DNA from: an uncultured Gemmatimonadaceae bacterium
GTDB lineage: Bacteria; Gemmatimonadota; Gemmatimonadetes; Gemmatimonadales; Gemmatimonadaceae
Direction of reading: 5' to 3'
Assembly: GCA_963761305.1 (NCBI GenBank)
Contig: CAVXGK010000002.1
Location: 2,368,001 to 2,432,000, forward strand
Length of the DNA: 64,000 nucleotides
This document shows positions 54,784-64,000 of this stretch, in pieces; position 1 is the first letter of the stretch, and each line of letters opens with the position of its first letter. Below the pieces are notes generated by a model. That model did not search any database. It was not told the DNA's origin and worked only from the letters and a program-made list of their open reading frames with translations. The translations under genes and the position numbers were made by a program.

Positions 54784-57700
54784 CTAGAACCGCGAGGACA
54801 GGGAAACCGTGTACGTGCGGAGCGTCGGATAGCCGAAGGCGTCAACCTGGTTGATCAGGCCGGAGCCGGCGTTGCCGCCGTCGACGCCGACTTCGGGGTC
54901 GTAGCCCGAGTAATGCGTGAACGTGAACACGTTGCGGCCGATCAACGAGAGTGTCCAATCGCCGCCGACGCCGCGCACGCGTCCGACCCTGTAGCTCACG
55001 CTCAACTCGCGAACCTTGGCGTACGAGCCGTCTTCGGTGTTGTAGTTGTTCGGACCGAGCAGGTCGTAGAAGCCGCCGTCGCCCGCGCCTTCGGGCGCAC
55101 CGGCGCGCCAGCCGTAGCCTACCGGCTTCGCGGTCTCGACCGACTTGCTGCCCTGGTCGAAGTAGTTCGACGCGAAGTCGAGGAGTCCCCAGCCTTCACC
55201 CTGGTTGTTGATGTGGTTGCCGACGGTGCCGTCGAGCAGCCCGTAGAACGTCAGGCGCTTGTAGGTGAGCGTGTTGTTCCACGTGAAGCGGTAGCTCGGG
55301 AACGCGTTGCCGATAATGCTCATGGTGCCGATGCCTTCACCCGGCTGGCCACGGAGCGGACGATTGACGATCGGGTGACCGAAGTAGAGCGGATAGTTCC
55401 ACGGCGACTGCGAAGCCGGGAGCTTCGTGTCCCAGAGGTTCTTGGTGATGCCGTCCTGCCAGTTGTTTCCGTTCCCGCCGGTCCAAACGACCCAGCCCTG
55501 GTCGTTGACTTGATACGCCTTGCCGGCACCGCACTGGGACTGCACCGAGGCCGGAAGGTCGCTGCAGGTCTTGTAGAACGTTCGGCCCCAGATGCTGCCG
55601 TACAGGTTGAGCGGCACGCCGGAAACAGGCTCCTTGTCTCCCCGCGCGGAGATGAAGAAGAAGCTGCCGGTGCCTTGCCCCGTGCCACCGCTCTCGAAGT
55701 ACTCGGGAACGAAGAGCTGCGTGATGTAGCTGCGGGTGCGGTCCCACGTGCCCTTCATGTTCCAGCTGAAATCACGCTTGGTGATGACCGGCAGGTTGGC
55801 CGCCAACTCCCACGTGTGGTTGTCGAGCGTGCCGGCGTTCTGCCACTGGTTGGTGAAGCCGAGGTCCGACGGCGTCGGAACGTTGAGGATCTCGTTCTTG
55901 GTGCGCGAGTCGGCCTTGGTGAGCTCGATGCCGAGACGGTTGAACAGCGTGAAGTCGGTGCCCAGTTCGGTCTCCGACGTCGTCTCCGGCTTGAGGTCGC
56001 GGTTACCTGCCTGCGCCAGCGAGCAACCGCTGGTGCTGCAGTTGTACGTCTCGTACTGCGCCGCGAACGACGGCGTGTTGCCGGCTGTGCCGTGCGACCC
56101 GCGGAGACGGAAATCGGTGATGTGCGGGACCTTCCAGAACGACTCTTCGGACACGCGCCACACACCGGACACTCGGCCGAACGGCGCCCAGCGGTTGCCG
56201 GCTCCGAACAGCGAGCTGCCGTCGTAGCGGTACGTTCCGTCGACGATGTACTTGCCCTTGTAGTCGAGCTGGCCGCCGGACACGAATCCGACGTCCTTGA
56301 TCAGCTGGCTGCTCGAGGTCGCGTTCAGGTTCTGGCTCGTGTTGCTGAGCGTGAAGACGTCCTTCACGACGAACTGTTGGCCCGACCCGCCGCTGAGGAG
56401 TTGTTGCGTCTGATCGAACTGGCCGCGGAGGGTCACGCGGGCGGTCAGATCGCTCGTGACGTTCTTGCGGAACAGCGCACCGTAGCTGCCGTTCATCGCT
56501 TCGATGTTGCTGTTAGTCAGGTTCATGTTGCCGAGGTTCGTGTTCGCGTTGAGCCGTCGGCCGACAGCCGTCCGGAAGTCTTTCGCTTCGTTGAAGTTGT
56601 CGTAGCGCGAGCGCTTGTCGTACGCGAACGTGCCGTCGAACGTGACCCAGTCCGCCGGGAAGTACGTGGCGGTGAGGGATCCGATGTAGCGGCCGGCGAT
56701 CAACTGGTCGGTCGACGCCGAGAACGGATAGAGGAACGCGTCCGCGCCGTTGCCCGTGCCGCGGATGCCCGCGCCGCCGCCCTGGAGGATCGGCCGGCCC
56801 AGCGTGTCGTTGGCGAGGTAGTTCGTGCCGGCGGGCGCACCGCGGAGCAGCGAACCAAAGAGGCCGAAGTCCAGCGCGCGCTCATCGGTCGTCTCCTTGT
56901 CGTACACGGTGCTGAGGGAGACGAGGAAATTGCTGCGGACGTCGTAGTCGAGGTTCACGCGGGCGCGCGACTGGATGTCGCCCTGGAGCTGCTTAAGCGC
57001 GCCGCCGTTGTTCGTGTACTGGCCGCTGGCGAAGAAGCGCACCGTGCCGATCTTGCCGGTCGCGTCGACGGAGCTGAGCTGCGTCGGGGCGGAGGTGGAG
57101 ACCTGGGCGAGCGTGTTGTAGTACTGGTTCGGCCAGATGTTCGACTGAAAGACGTTTTCCAGCGACCCGTCGGTGTTGTTCAACGCGTTCCACTGGAAGC
57201 TCTGCGGCGTGCGGTTCGTGTCGGCGTTGACGTTGTTGATGCGGAGGATTTCCGTCATCCAGTCGACCGTCTTGGAGCACGGAGCCGACGTCGAGGTGCC
57301 CGAGATGCAGAACCGCTTGCCCGTCTCGTCGAGCTGGAGGTGGACGTTCACGGGCTCGCCGTAGCGGGCGCTGTTCAAGTCGCCCACGCCGTACTCTTCG
57401 CGGACGTTGAACTGGATGCCGTCGCTGTTGGCGCCGCGCTTCGTCTTGATCGTGATGACGCCGTTGGCCGCCGTCGTTCCATAGAGTGACGCGCCGGCCG
57501 CGCCCTTGATGACTTCGATCGACTCGATGTCGAGTCCGCCGAGCTCACCGAGGTTGCCGACGTTCATGACGACGCCGTCGACGACGATCAGCGGGCTGCC
57601 GGCTGCGTCCCGTGAGGTTGAGCGACGTCGGGCCGCGGAGCATGATGTCCGGGGTCGATCCGGGCTGGCCGCTCGTCGACGCGATGCGTACGCCGGCGAC

Positions 57701-58192
57701 TTTGCCCTCGAGCGACGTCATCGGATCGAGCGACGGAACCGGAAGCTCTTCCGACGTCACTCGGCCGATGGCGAACGGCACTTTCGCGCGCTCAGTCGCC
57801 TCGATCGATCCCGTGACGACCACCTCGTTGAGGCGGTTCACGTCTTGTTTGAGCGTGAAGTTCTGTGTTTGCGTTCCGGCCGTGACGCGAACCGGAAGGA
57901 TGCCTGGCTGGAAGCCGATCGCGCGGACGCGAAGGTTCACGGCCTGACCCTGCACACGAGCCGCTGGAATCGTGATCGTGAACACGCCCTGCGCGTTCGT
58001 CCCCACCGAGATCGATAGATCATTGATGTAGACGTTGGCTTGGTCGACTGGCTGACCAAACTCGCTCATCACCTTACCGGTGATGACCGCGGCGGCCTGG
58101 GCTTGTGCGTTGGCTGCCGGCACTGCGAGCCAAAGGCTCAGCAATGACGCGGCGACCACTCGAGCACGATGCAACGTGGTCCTGGTCGTCAT
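54784..58192 (-). CDS. SusC/RagA-type TonB-dependent receptor (frameshift near 57600)
   Basis: LNEVVVTG, LEGKVAGV, IESIEVIKGAAGASLYGTTAANGVITIKTKRG, RYDGSSLFG, DLKPETT, YSGYDPE; C-terminal F. Confidence 0.93.
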
Positions 58193-58616
58193 CTCACTCC
58201 CTCGTGGGGAAAAGGGGGACTGCCACTCTGCACCTACGGTCGGTTCGCCTGCTGTCGTGCGAGGTATTTCCCTGCAACCGCGATCTTCACCAGCGTTCTT
58301 CAACCGCGATGGTGTCGCGAACTCCCGCGGACACCGCAACGAAAACCAGCAAAGCCGCCGCAATCGCGGCGGCGCTCAATCAGCGCGTACGACGTGGATT
58401 CTGGGCGTGTGATGTCAACCGGTCGTAATAACTCGGAGGGTATGACAAAGCGTCACATTGAGTGCGCCGGGGGGCCGCGTGGTGCTGCGGGCCGCCCGGG
58501 GTTGGATCAAGCGGGCGAGAACGTAAGGCCCGGTCTAAAGTGCCGCAAGATCAACTCGAATACATTCAAGTCCGTTCCACGGTCCTTTACATGCCCCGCC
58601 ACGATCACTGCATCCA

Positions 58617-59783
58617 ATGAACGAAGCGGCGCACGTTTCGGCCCGCGCAGCACACCGTTGGTCCCTCGGCCATCCGTGGATTTTTCGGAGCGATGTGACG
58701 GTTCGTCCCGACCGGCCGGCGGGAGGGGTGGTGGTCCTCGACCACCGCGGCAAGAAGATCGGCGTTGCGCTCTGGAGTCCGGCGTCGGAGATCGCGCTCC
58801 GCATGGTCGACGCGAATCCCAACGCGGCCCTCGACGCCGCCTGGTGGCTCGCACGCATTCGGGCCGCGGCCGCCCGGCGCGCTCCCCTCGACGGTGTCGC
58901 CAATGCCTACCGCGTCGTCCACGGCGAAGCGGACGCCTGCCCGTCGTTCGTGTGCGACCGCTACGATAGATGGCTCGTCGTCCAACTATTGAGTGCAGGC
59001 CTCGAGGCGTTTCGCGCGCCGATCGTCGACGCGCTCGCGAGCGTGCTCTCGCCCGCCGGCATTCTCGCCCGCAACGACGTCCCGGTGAGAAAGAAGGAAG
59101 GACTCGCCGTGGACGTCGAGCTGCTCGCCGGCGACGTTCCGCGTGAGATCGAGGTGAACGAGCACGGCGTGCGCTACCTCGCCGCACCGTGGACAGGACA
59201 GAAAACCGGGGCCTTCCTCGACCAGCGCGAGAACCGCGTCCTCATCGGCGACCGGGCGCGCGGACGCGCCCTGGATTGCTTCAGCTACCACGGCTCGTTC
59301 GCGCTGCACCTGGCGCGGCGCGCGCAGTCCGTCGTGGCGGTGGACGTCTCCGCCGACGCGCTACGCCGCGCCGAGGAGAACGCGGCGCGGAATTCACTGG
59401 GTAACATCTCGTTCGTCGAGGCCGACGTGTTCGACTACCTGCGAGAGCTCGAGCGTTCGCGCGAGCGTTTCGACACCATCGTCGTCGACCCGCCGGCGTT
59501 CGCGAAGACGCGCGCCTCGGTGCCGGCGGCGCTCCGCGGTTACAAAGATGTAAATCTTCGCGCGATGCGCGTGCTCGCTCCGGGCGGGCTGCTCTTCACG
59601 GCGAGCTGCAGCTTCCACGTCGGCCGCGCCGAGTTCAACGATATGCTCCGCGCCGCTGCGGCAGATTCAGGGAGACGGGTGGCGGTTCGGGCACTCACCG
59701 GGCAACCGCTGGATCACCCGGAGGTATTGACGATACCTGAAACTGGATACTTGAAAGGCGCTCTACTGGAAGCGCTGGACTGA
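58617..59783 (+). CDS. RlmI/RlmK-like class I SAM-dependent rRNA methyltransferase
   Basis: GHPWIF PUA domain, GQKTGAFLDQRENR, LDCFSYHGSF, VVDPPAF, SCS, YLK. Confidence 0.9.
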   Translation: MNEAAHVSARAAHRWSLGHPWIFRSDVTVRPDRPAGGVVVLDHRGKKIGVALWSPASEIALRMVDANPNAALDAAWWLARIRAAAARRAPLDGVANAYRVVHGEADACPSFVCDRYDRWLVVQLLSAGLEAFRAPIVDALASVLSPAGILARNDVPVRKKEGLAVDVELLAGDVPREIEVNEHGVRYLAAPWTGQKTGAFLDQRENRVLIGDRARGRALDCFSYHGSFALHLARRAQSVVAVDVSADALRRAEENAARNSLGNISFVEADVFDYLRELERSRERFDTIVVDPPAFAKTRASVPAALRGYKDVNLRAMRVLAPGGLLFTASCSFHVGRAEFNDMLRAAAADSGRRVAVRALTGQPLDHPEVLTIPETGYLKGALLEALD

Positions 59784-59818
59784 AAGGACCGGTAGACCGG
59801 TAGGCCGGCGACCGACGT

Positions 59819-60592
59819 CTACGCCTGGCAGGACGGGCAGAAGTATGTCGACCTTCCCGCCTGAACCATTCGCTCGATCGGTGTTCGGCATCGACGGCAA
59901 GGTTTGCCTTCGCGATCGTACACCGCGAGGCGCACCGTCGAGTCGTCGGTGTAGCGCGCGCCAGTCGCGCGGCGAATCACGAGACGAATGGCCGAGAGCA
60001 GTGCGGTGGCCTGGCGCGTGGAGAGCGAGGATGCGCGTGCCGTCGGCGAGATGCGCGCGTGCCAGAGTGACTCGGCGGCGTAGATGTTTCCGATCCCGGC
60101 GATCACGCGTTGATCGAGCAGCACCGGCTTGATCGGCGCGCGGCGCTTCGCCAGCGCGGCGGCGAATGATTTCGCGGTGAGCGAACGATCGGTCGGATCG
60201 GGGCCGAGGTCGAGCGCGGGTGATTCACCGGCGGCGTGGAGGTCGAGCACGCTCAGCGCGCGCGGATCGTCGAGGACGACGCGCGTGCCGTCGTGAAAAT
60301 CGATCGCCGCGCGCGCGAAGCGCGGCAACGGATCGCCCGAGCTGTCGATCGTCCAATCGCCCGTCATACGGAAGTGCGCGTGCAGCACTCGGCCGTCGGC
60401 GAGCGAGATCAGTTGGTGCTTTCCTCGACGCTCGACGGCGCGAACCAGCGCGCCGCGCAGCGATCGGCGCTGTGCCGGCGTCAGCCGTCGCATCAGCGAG
60501 CGGTGCCGCACGTCGACGCGCTCGATGCGCTTGCCTTGAATGGCGCGGCGAAGCCGCCGGACGGCGCTCTCGACTTCGGGAAGCTCTGGCAT
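59819..60592 (-). CDS. mutM: formamidopyrimidine-DNA glycosylase
   Basis: MPELPEVE, RRGK, HFRMTG, LLDQRVIAGIGNIYAAESL, C-terminal CxxC...CxxCQ zinc finger. Confidence 0.95.
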   Translation of the reverse strand: MPELPEVESAVRRLRRAIQGKRIERVDVRHRSLMRRLTPAQRRSLRGALVRAVERRGKHQLISLADGRVLHAHFRMTGDWTIDSSGDPLPRFARAAIDFHDGTRVVLDDPRALSVLDLHAAGESPALDLGPDPTDRSLTAKSFAAALAKRRAPIKPVLLDQRVIAGIGNIYAAESLWHARISPTARASSLSTRQATALLSAIRLVIRRATGARYTDDSTVRLAVYDREGKPCRRCRTPIERMVQAGRSTYFCPSCQA

Positions 60593-60657
60593 GGGGGGGA
60601 TCGCGGTTGACCGGAAGTTCGACAGCGGCGCAAGTTGCACGGGTGAGTGCACCCAGG

Positions 60658-61569
60658 ATGACGCCGCCGGCCACGCCTTCCCCCTCCCCCACCCGCGCCG
60701 TGCGTGCGCCCGCCGACTGGGCCGGGGTGCGGCACGCGCTGGTCGTGGTGCTCCTGCTCAACGGCGTGCTCGCGGGAGTGAAGGTCGTCGTCGGCATCCG
60801 CACCGGCTCACTGACCGTGCTGGGCGCCGCGCTCGAGTCGGCGCTCGACATGCTCAACAACATCATCGGCGTGGCGGTCGTCGGCGTCGCCGGACGTGCG
60901 CCCGACGAAGACCATCCCTACGGCCACGACAAGTTCGAGACGCTCGGTGCGCTCGCCATCGTCGGGTTTCTCTCTATCTCGTGCTTCGAGCTGCTGCGCG
61001 AAGGCGTCACCGAGCTCGTCGTGCAGCACCGCGCGCCCATGTCCATCGAAGTTGGCGACATCGGCGTGATGGCCGCGACGCTCCTCGTGAACGGATTCGT
61101 CGTGTGGTTCGAGCGGGCGCGGGGCCGCGCGCTGGGAAGCGCGTTCCTGCTCGCCGACGCGTCGCACACGGCGGGCGACGTCATGGTCACGCTGCTCGCG
61201 CTGGCGACCTTGGTGTTGGCGCACCTCGGCTGGTCGTGGCTCGACGCACCGCTGGCCATCACCGTGGCGCTTGTGATCGCGTGGAGCGGCGTCGGGATTC
61301 TGCGCCGGTCGATCCCGATTCTCGTCGACCAGCGGGCGATCGAGAGCAACGCGCTGCGGGCCGTTGTGCTGGGCGTTCCGGGCATTCGCGACATCCGGAA
61401 GGCGCGATCGCGCTCGACGGCGTCGGGCCAACTCTTCGCCGAGGTGACGATCGTCGTCGGCGGCCGAACGTCGGTGGACGACGCGCACAGGCTGGCCGAC
61501 GCGGTCGAAGAGGCGATCGAGCGGGCGTTCGGCACGTCGGAGGTGACCGTGCACGTCGAGCCGGCATGA
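60658..61569 (+). CDS. cation diffusion facilitator family transporter
   Basis: DEDHPYGHDKFE, ADASHTAGD, LDAPL, VTVHVEP. Confidence 0.92.
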   Translation: MTPPATPSPSPTRAVRAPADWAGVRHALVVVLLLNGVLAGVKVVVGIRTGSLTVLGAALESALDMLNNIIGVAVVGVAGRAPDEDHPYGHDKFETLGALAIVGFLSISCFELLREGVTELVVQHRAPMSIEVGDIGVMAATLLVNGFVVWFERARGRALGSAFLLADASHTAGDVMVTLLALATLVLAHLGWSWLDAPLAITVALVIAWSGVGILRRSIPILVDQRAIESNALRAVVLGVPGIRDIRKARSRSTASGQLFAEVTIVVGGRTSVDDAHRLADAVEEAIERAFGTSEVTVHVEPA

Positions 61570-61590
61570 GCACTTGCGATCGACGATGTG

Positions 61591-62427
61591 ATGTCTAGCT
61601 TTACCGGCGGTCGCCCCAGTTTTCCCCGGCCCCATCGACCTACGCGCTCGCTCAGGCACGAGTATCACCTGTACGTCGAGCAGGAGATCGAGAACTACAA
61701 GGAGTCGGTCGCGCGCAGCGTGCTGCTCGCCATCGGCGACGAAGCGGTGTCGGTCCTCGCCGCGGCTCCCCAGTTCGCGCTGACCGAGCTGCTCCTCTGC
61801 GAGGAAGTCGACCGGATCATCGTTCGACGCCTGCGGCTTCCGGCGTACGACACGTGGCGCCGCCGCCGGGTGAGGCTCATCGAAGAGCTGCGCCGGCCGG
61901 AGCACTGGGGACTTCCGCCTGACGACGTCCTCGTTCGCGCGCTGCAGCCGTCGAGCGACGGCCGCGTGCTCGTCGCCGGGGCGGCGGATGAAAGCTCCAC
62001 GCTCTACTTCGCCGCGCACGGCTGCGACGTGACGACGCTCGGCGAAGAGATCGACGCCGTCGAGCGTGTGATGCAGGCGGCGATCGGAGCCGGGCTCGCG
62101 GGGCGCGTGCACGCGGAGCTGGCCGATTTGTCGTCGTGGATACCGCCGCAGGAGCGCTTGCTCAACGCGGTGATCGTGAATCCGGCGGCGCTCGATCGGT
62201 TGTCGGCCGACGAACGCGCGCGGGTGATCGCCGACCTGCAACGCGCCACGCTGGAAGGCGGCGTGCACCTCGTGCGGACGATTTCTCCGGCATCGCGCGG
62301 CGGGAACGACAGCGGCAACGCAGTCTCGCTCGAGGAACTGCGCAGCCGGTACAAGGGCTGGCAAGTGACTGTCGAGCGCTCCGAGGGGCGCGCGAAGACG
62401 TTCTTCGCCAGAAAAGGCGCGGCCTGA
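61591..62427 (+). CDS. hypothetical protein: helical N-terminal domain plus degenerate SAM-methyltransferase-like fold
   Basis: RVLVAGA..YFAAHGCDVT, RVHAELADLSSW, ERARVIADLQRATLEGGVHL resemble TehB-type folds. Confidence 0.65.
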   Translation: MSSFTGGRPSFPRPHRPTRSLRHEYHLYVEQEIENYKESVARSVLLAIGDEAVSVLAAAPQFALTELLLCEEVDRIIVRRLRLPAYDTWRRRRVRLIEELRRPEHWGLPPDDVLVRALQPSSDGRVLVAGAADESSTLYFAAHGCDVTTLGEEIDAVERVMQAAIGAGLAGRVHAELADLSSWIPPQERLLNAVIVNPAALDRLSADERARVIADLQRATLEGGVHLVRTISPASRGGNDSGNAVSLEELRSRYKGWQVTVERSEGRAKTFFARKGAA

Positions 62428-62704
62428 CCCGGTAAGCGGGCGCGTCTCGATCTGACGCTGCTGTGTCAGATTGCCTTGTGTCTGAGCGACACCTGGGGCC
62501 GGTTCTGGAGGCGGCTGATTTTTCGTAACCGTTTGAGCCGCTGTCATTTACTCCATCGGGCCGAGTTCGGCACCGGGAGTGCAAAGGGGGGCGGGTGAGC
62601 CCGGCGAATCCGCCGAGGCCATCGCGGGGCCCGTTGCGGCGAACCGTTCTCGCCGCCGGGCCAGCATGATCAGCCTCACGTTGCAGAAGCGGGATCCTAC
62701 CTAT

Positions 62705-62851
62705 ATGAAGGCAGCGCGCAGCACCGCCTCGCAGGAACCGATCGGCATCATCATCTCGCCAGGAGCGTCGCAAGAGATCGCGCCGGCGAGGTTCGCCTAC
62801 ATGTGGGCGCCGCCGCCGGACGAGAAAGACCAGGAAAAGCGGAACGGTTAA
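62705..62851 (+). CDS. putative small protein (48 aa)
   Basis: MKAARSTASQEPIGIIISPGASQEIAPARFAYMWAPPPDEKDQEKRNG; coding-like codon usage, fills the intergenic gap. Confidence 0.4.
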   Translation: MKAARSTASQEPIGIIISPGASQEIAPARFAYMWAPPPDEKDQEKRNG

Positions 62852-62902
62852 CTGCTGGCACGTTCCTCGGCGGCTGGTTACTCTCGGCCAAGCCCCGCCG
62901 AG

Positions 62903-64000
62903 ATGCGAAAGAAGAATTCGCTGAAGGACTCTCCAAAAAAGAATTCGAATCCCAAGGCTCGCACGGCACCGCCGGCGAGCGGGAATCCTGTTTCGCACCG
63001 CGCCGGCGCGGCGCTGGTGTGCGCGGTGGCGATCGCGGCGAGCGTCGCGGGGATCCTGAACGAATTCACGCAGGACGATCTCTCGATCCTCGTCGAGTCC
63101 GCGCGACTGCACGGATTTGCGGCGCTGAGAGACATCCTCACGCTTCCGTATTGGCCGCCGCCGGCGGCGCCGGACCTCTATCGTCCGTTCGCGTCGATTC
63201 TGTTGGCGATGCAATACGCAATCGGCGATGGCGCGCCGATCGTGTTCCGAATCGTGAGCTACGCGTTCTACGCGGCGGCGAGCGTCGGATTGTATCGGCT
63301 GGCGCTGCGACTCGTGGCTCCGCGGATCGCGCTGGCGGTCGGCGTTTTGTTCGCGGCGCATGCCGTGCACGTGGAAGCCGTGGCGCTGGCCGTCACGCAG
63401 AACGAGCTCCTCGTCGGCGCGCTCGCGACGGTGATGGTGACGTTGTACGTCGACCGGCGACGTGCGGGTGACGGCATTCTCTCGGCGCGCGATTGGGCGA
63501 TTCTTGGCGCGTGCTACGCGATCGCCGGTTTCTCCAAGGAGCAGGGACTGTTGCTGCCGGCGTTTTTGGTTCTCGCCGAGATCTTCCTTTCACCTGATCG
63601 ACCGTTGAGTGCGCGCGTAGGCGCGTTGTGGCGTGGATTCGCCGCGCTCGCGGTGATCGCCGCCGCGATGATCGCGATTCGAACTGCTGTATTGAGCGGC
63701 GTCGTCGGTCCGACGATGATCGCCGAAGCGCTGCGCGGTCAGACGATGGGCGGTCGATTGCTCACGATGCTGAAGATCGTTCCGGAGTGGGCGCGCCTGT
63801 TCGTGTGGCCGGCGCATTTGCGCGCCGAGTATTCGCCGCGCGAATTCGTCGCGTCGACGTCGTTCGGCGGAGCGGAAGCGTCGGGACTCGCGATCGTCGC
63901 ATTCGTCGCACTCGTCATCTGGACGACTCGGCGCAGCGCACCGACGGTGGCGTTCGGCCTCTCATGGATGTGCGTCGCGCTGTTTCCCGTGAGCAACGTG
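62903..64000 (+). CDS. TMTC-like GT-C membrane protein (partial, runs off the window; paralog of 42333-44096)
   Basis: own translation: NEFTQDD, YWPPPAAPDLYRP, HAVHVEAVAL, SKEQG, MGGRLLTMLKIVP, WPAHLRAEYSP, LFPVSN. Confidence 0.85.
   Translation, partial: MRKKNSLKDSPKKNSNPKARTAPPASGNPVSHRAGAALVCAVAIAASVAGILNEFTQDDLSILVESARLHGFAALRDILTLPYWPPPAAPDLYRPFASILLAMQYAIGDGAPIVFRIVSYAFYAAASVGLYRLALRLVAPRIALAVGVLFAAHAVHVEAVALAVTQNELLVGALATVMVTLYVDRRRAGDGILSARDWAILGACYAIAGFSKEQGLLLPAFLVLAEIFLSPDRPLSARVGALWRGFAALAVIAAAMIAIRTAVLSGVVGPTMIAEALRGQTMGGRLLTMLKIVPEWARLFVWPAHLRAEYSPREFVASTSFGGAEASGLAIVAFVALVIWTTRRSAPTVAFGLSWMCVALFPVSNV

Noticed and set aside
54517..57489. Long antisense ORFs (990 aa here; also 10842-12851, 15586-17115, 46474-48198, 60808-62547)
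   Set aside because: Shadow frames of real GC-rich genes with Arg/Ala-rich, motif-free translations
58200..58610. Riboswitch in SusC leaders (also 29100-29500)
   Set aside because: No cobalamin, TPP or other aptamer consensus recognised by eye; an Rfam/Infernal scan would be decisive

Overview
GC-rich bacterial chromosomal window. Gene content and style suggest Gemmatimonadota (inference from SusC/SusD pairs, barrel-less plug proteins, short sigma70 and epsilon, RGG-rich secreted peptidases). Housekeeping genes: accA, ricT/PSP1, metG, waaA, F1-only atpAGDC, MlaF-type ABC ATPase, sigma70, six tRNAs, rho-ruvX-mltG, an RlmI-like methyltransferase, mutM and a CDF transporter. Envelope and nutrient genes: two SusC/SusD loci, M28/S9/M14 peptidases, an ASPIC/UnbV FG-GAP protein, four free-standing TonB-plug-like proteins and three TMTC-like GT-C membrane proteins. 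Many genes, including rho, carry single-base frameshifts that are most likely long-read errors. Main novel signals: (1) a dispersed, polar family of octamer arrays, (GGTGGAC[G/C/A])n, often ending GGTG[A/G]ACAGCG. They occur at about 13 loci, often as inverted pairs, sometimes nested with 7-mer and 9-mer hairpin repeats, and sometimes translated inside genes. The leader of a four-helix-bundle (Avd/IVS-like) gene contains an exact 36-bp inverted copy of the end of the longest array. (2) A candidate protein O-glycosylation system: three TMTC-like transferases plus D-[S/T]-hydrophobic sequon enrichment in exported proteins. (3) A small IS3-scarred islet with two paralogous orphan exported proteins. 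(4) A Rex/CRP-type operator in front of atpA. No CRISPR array, prophage or intact transposase was seen.
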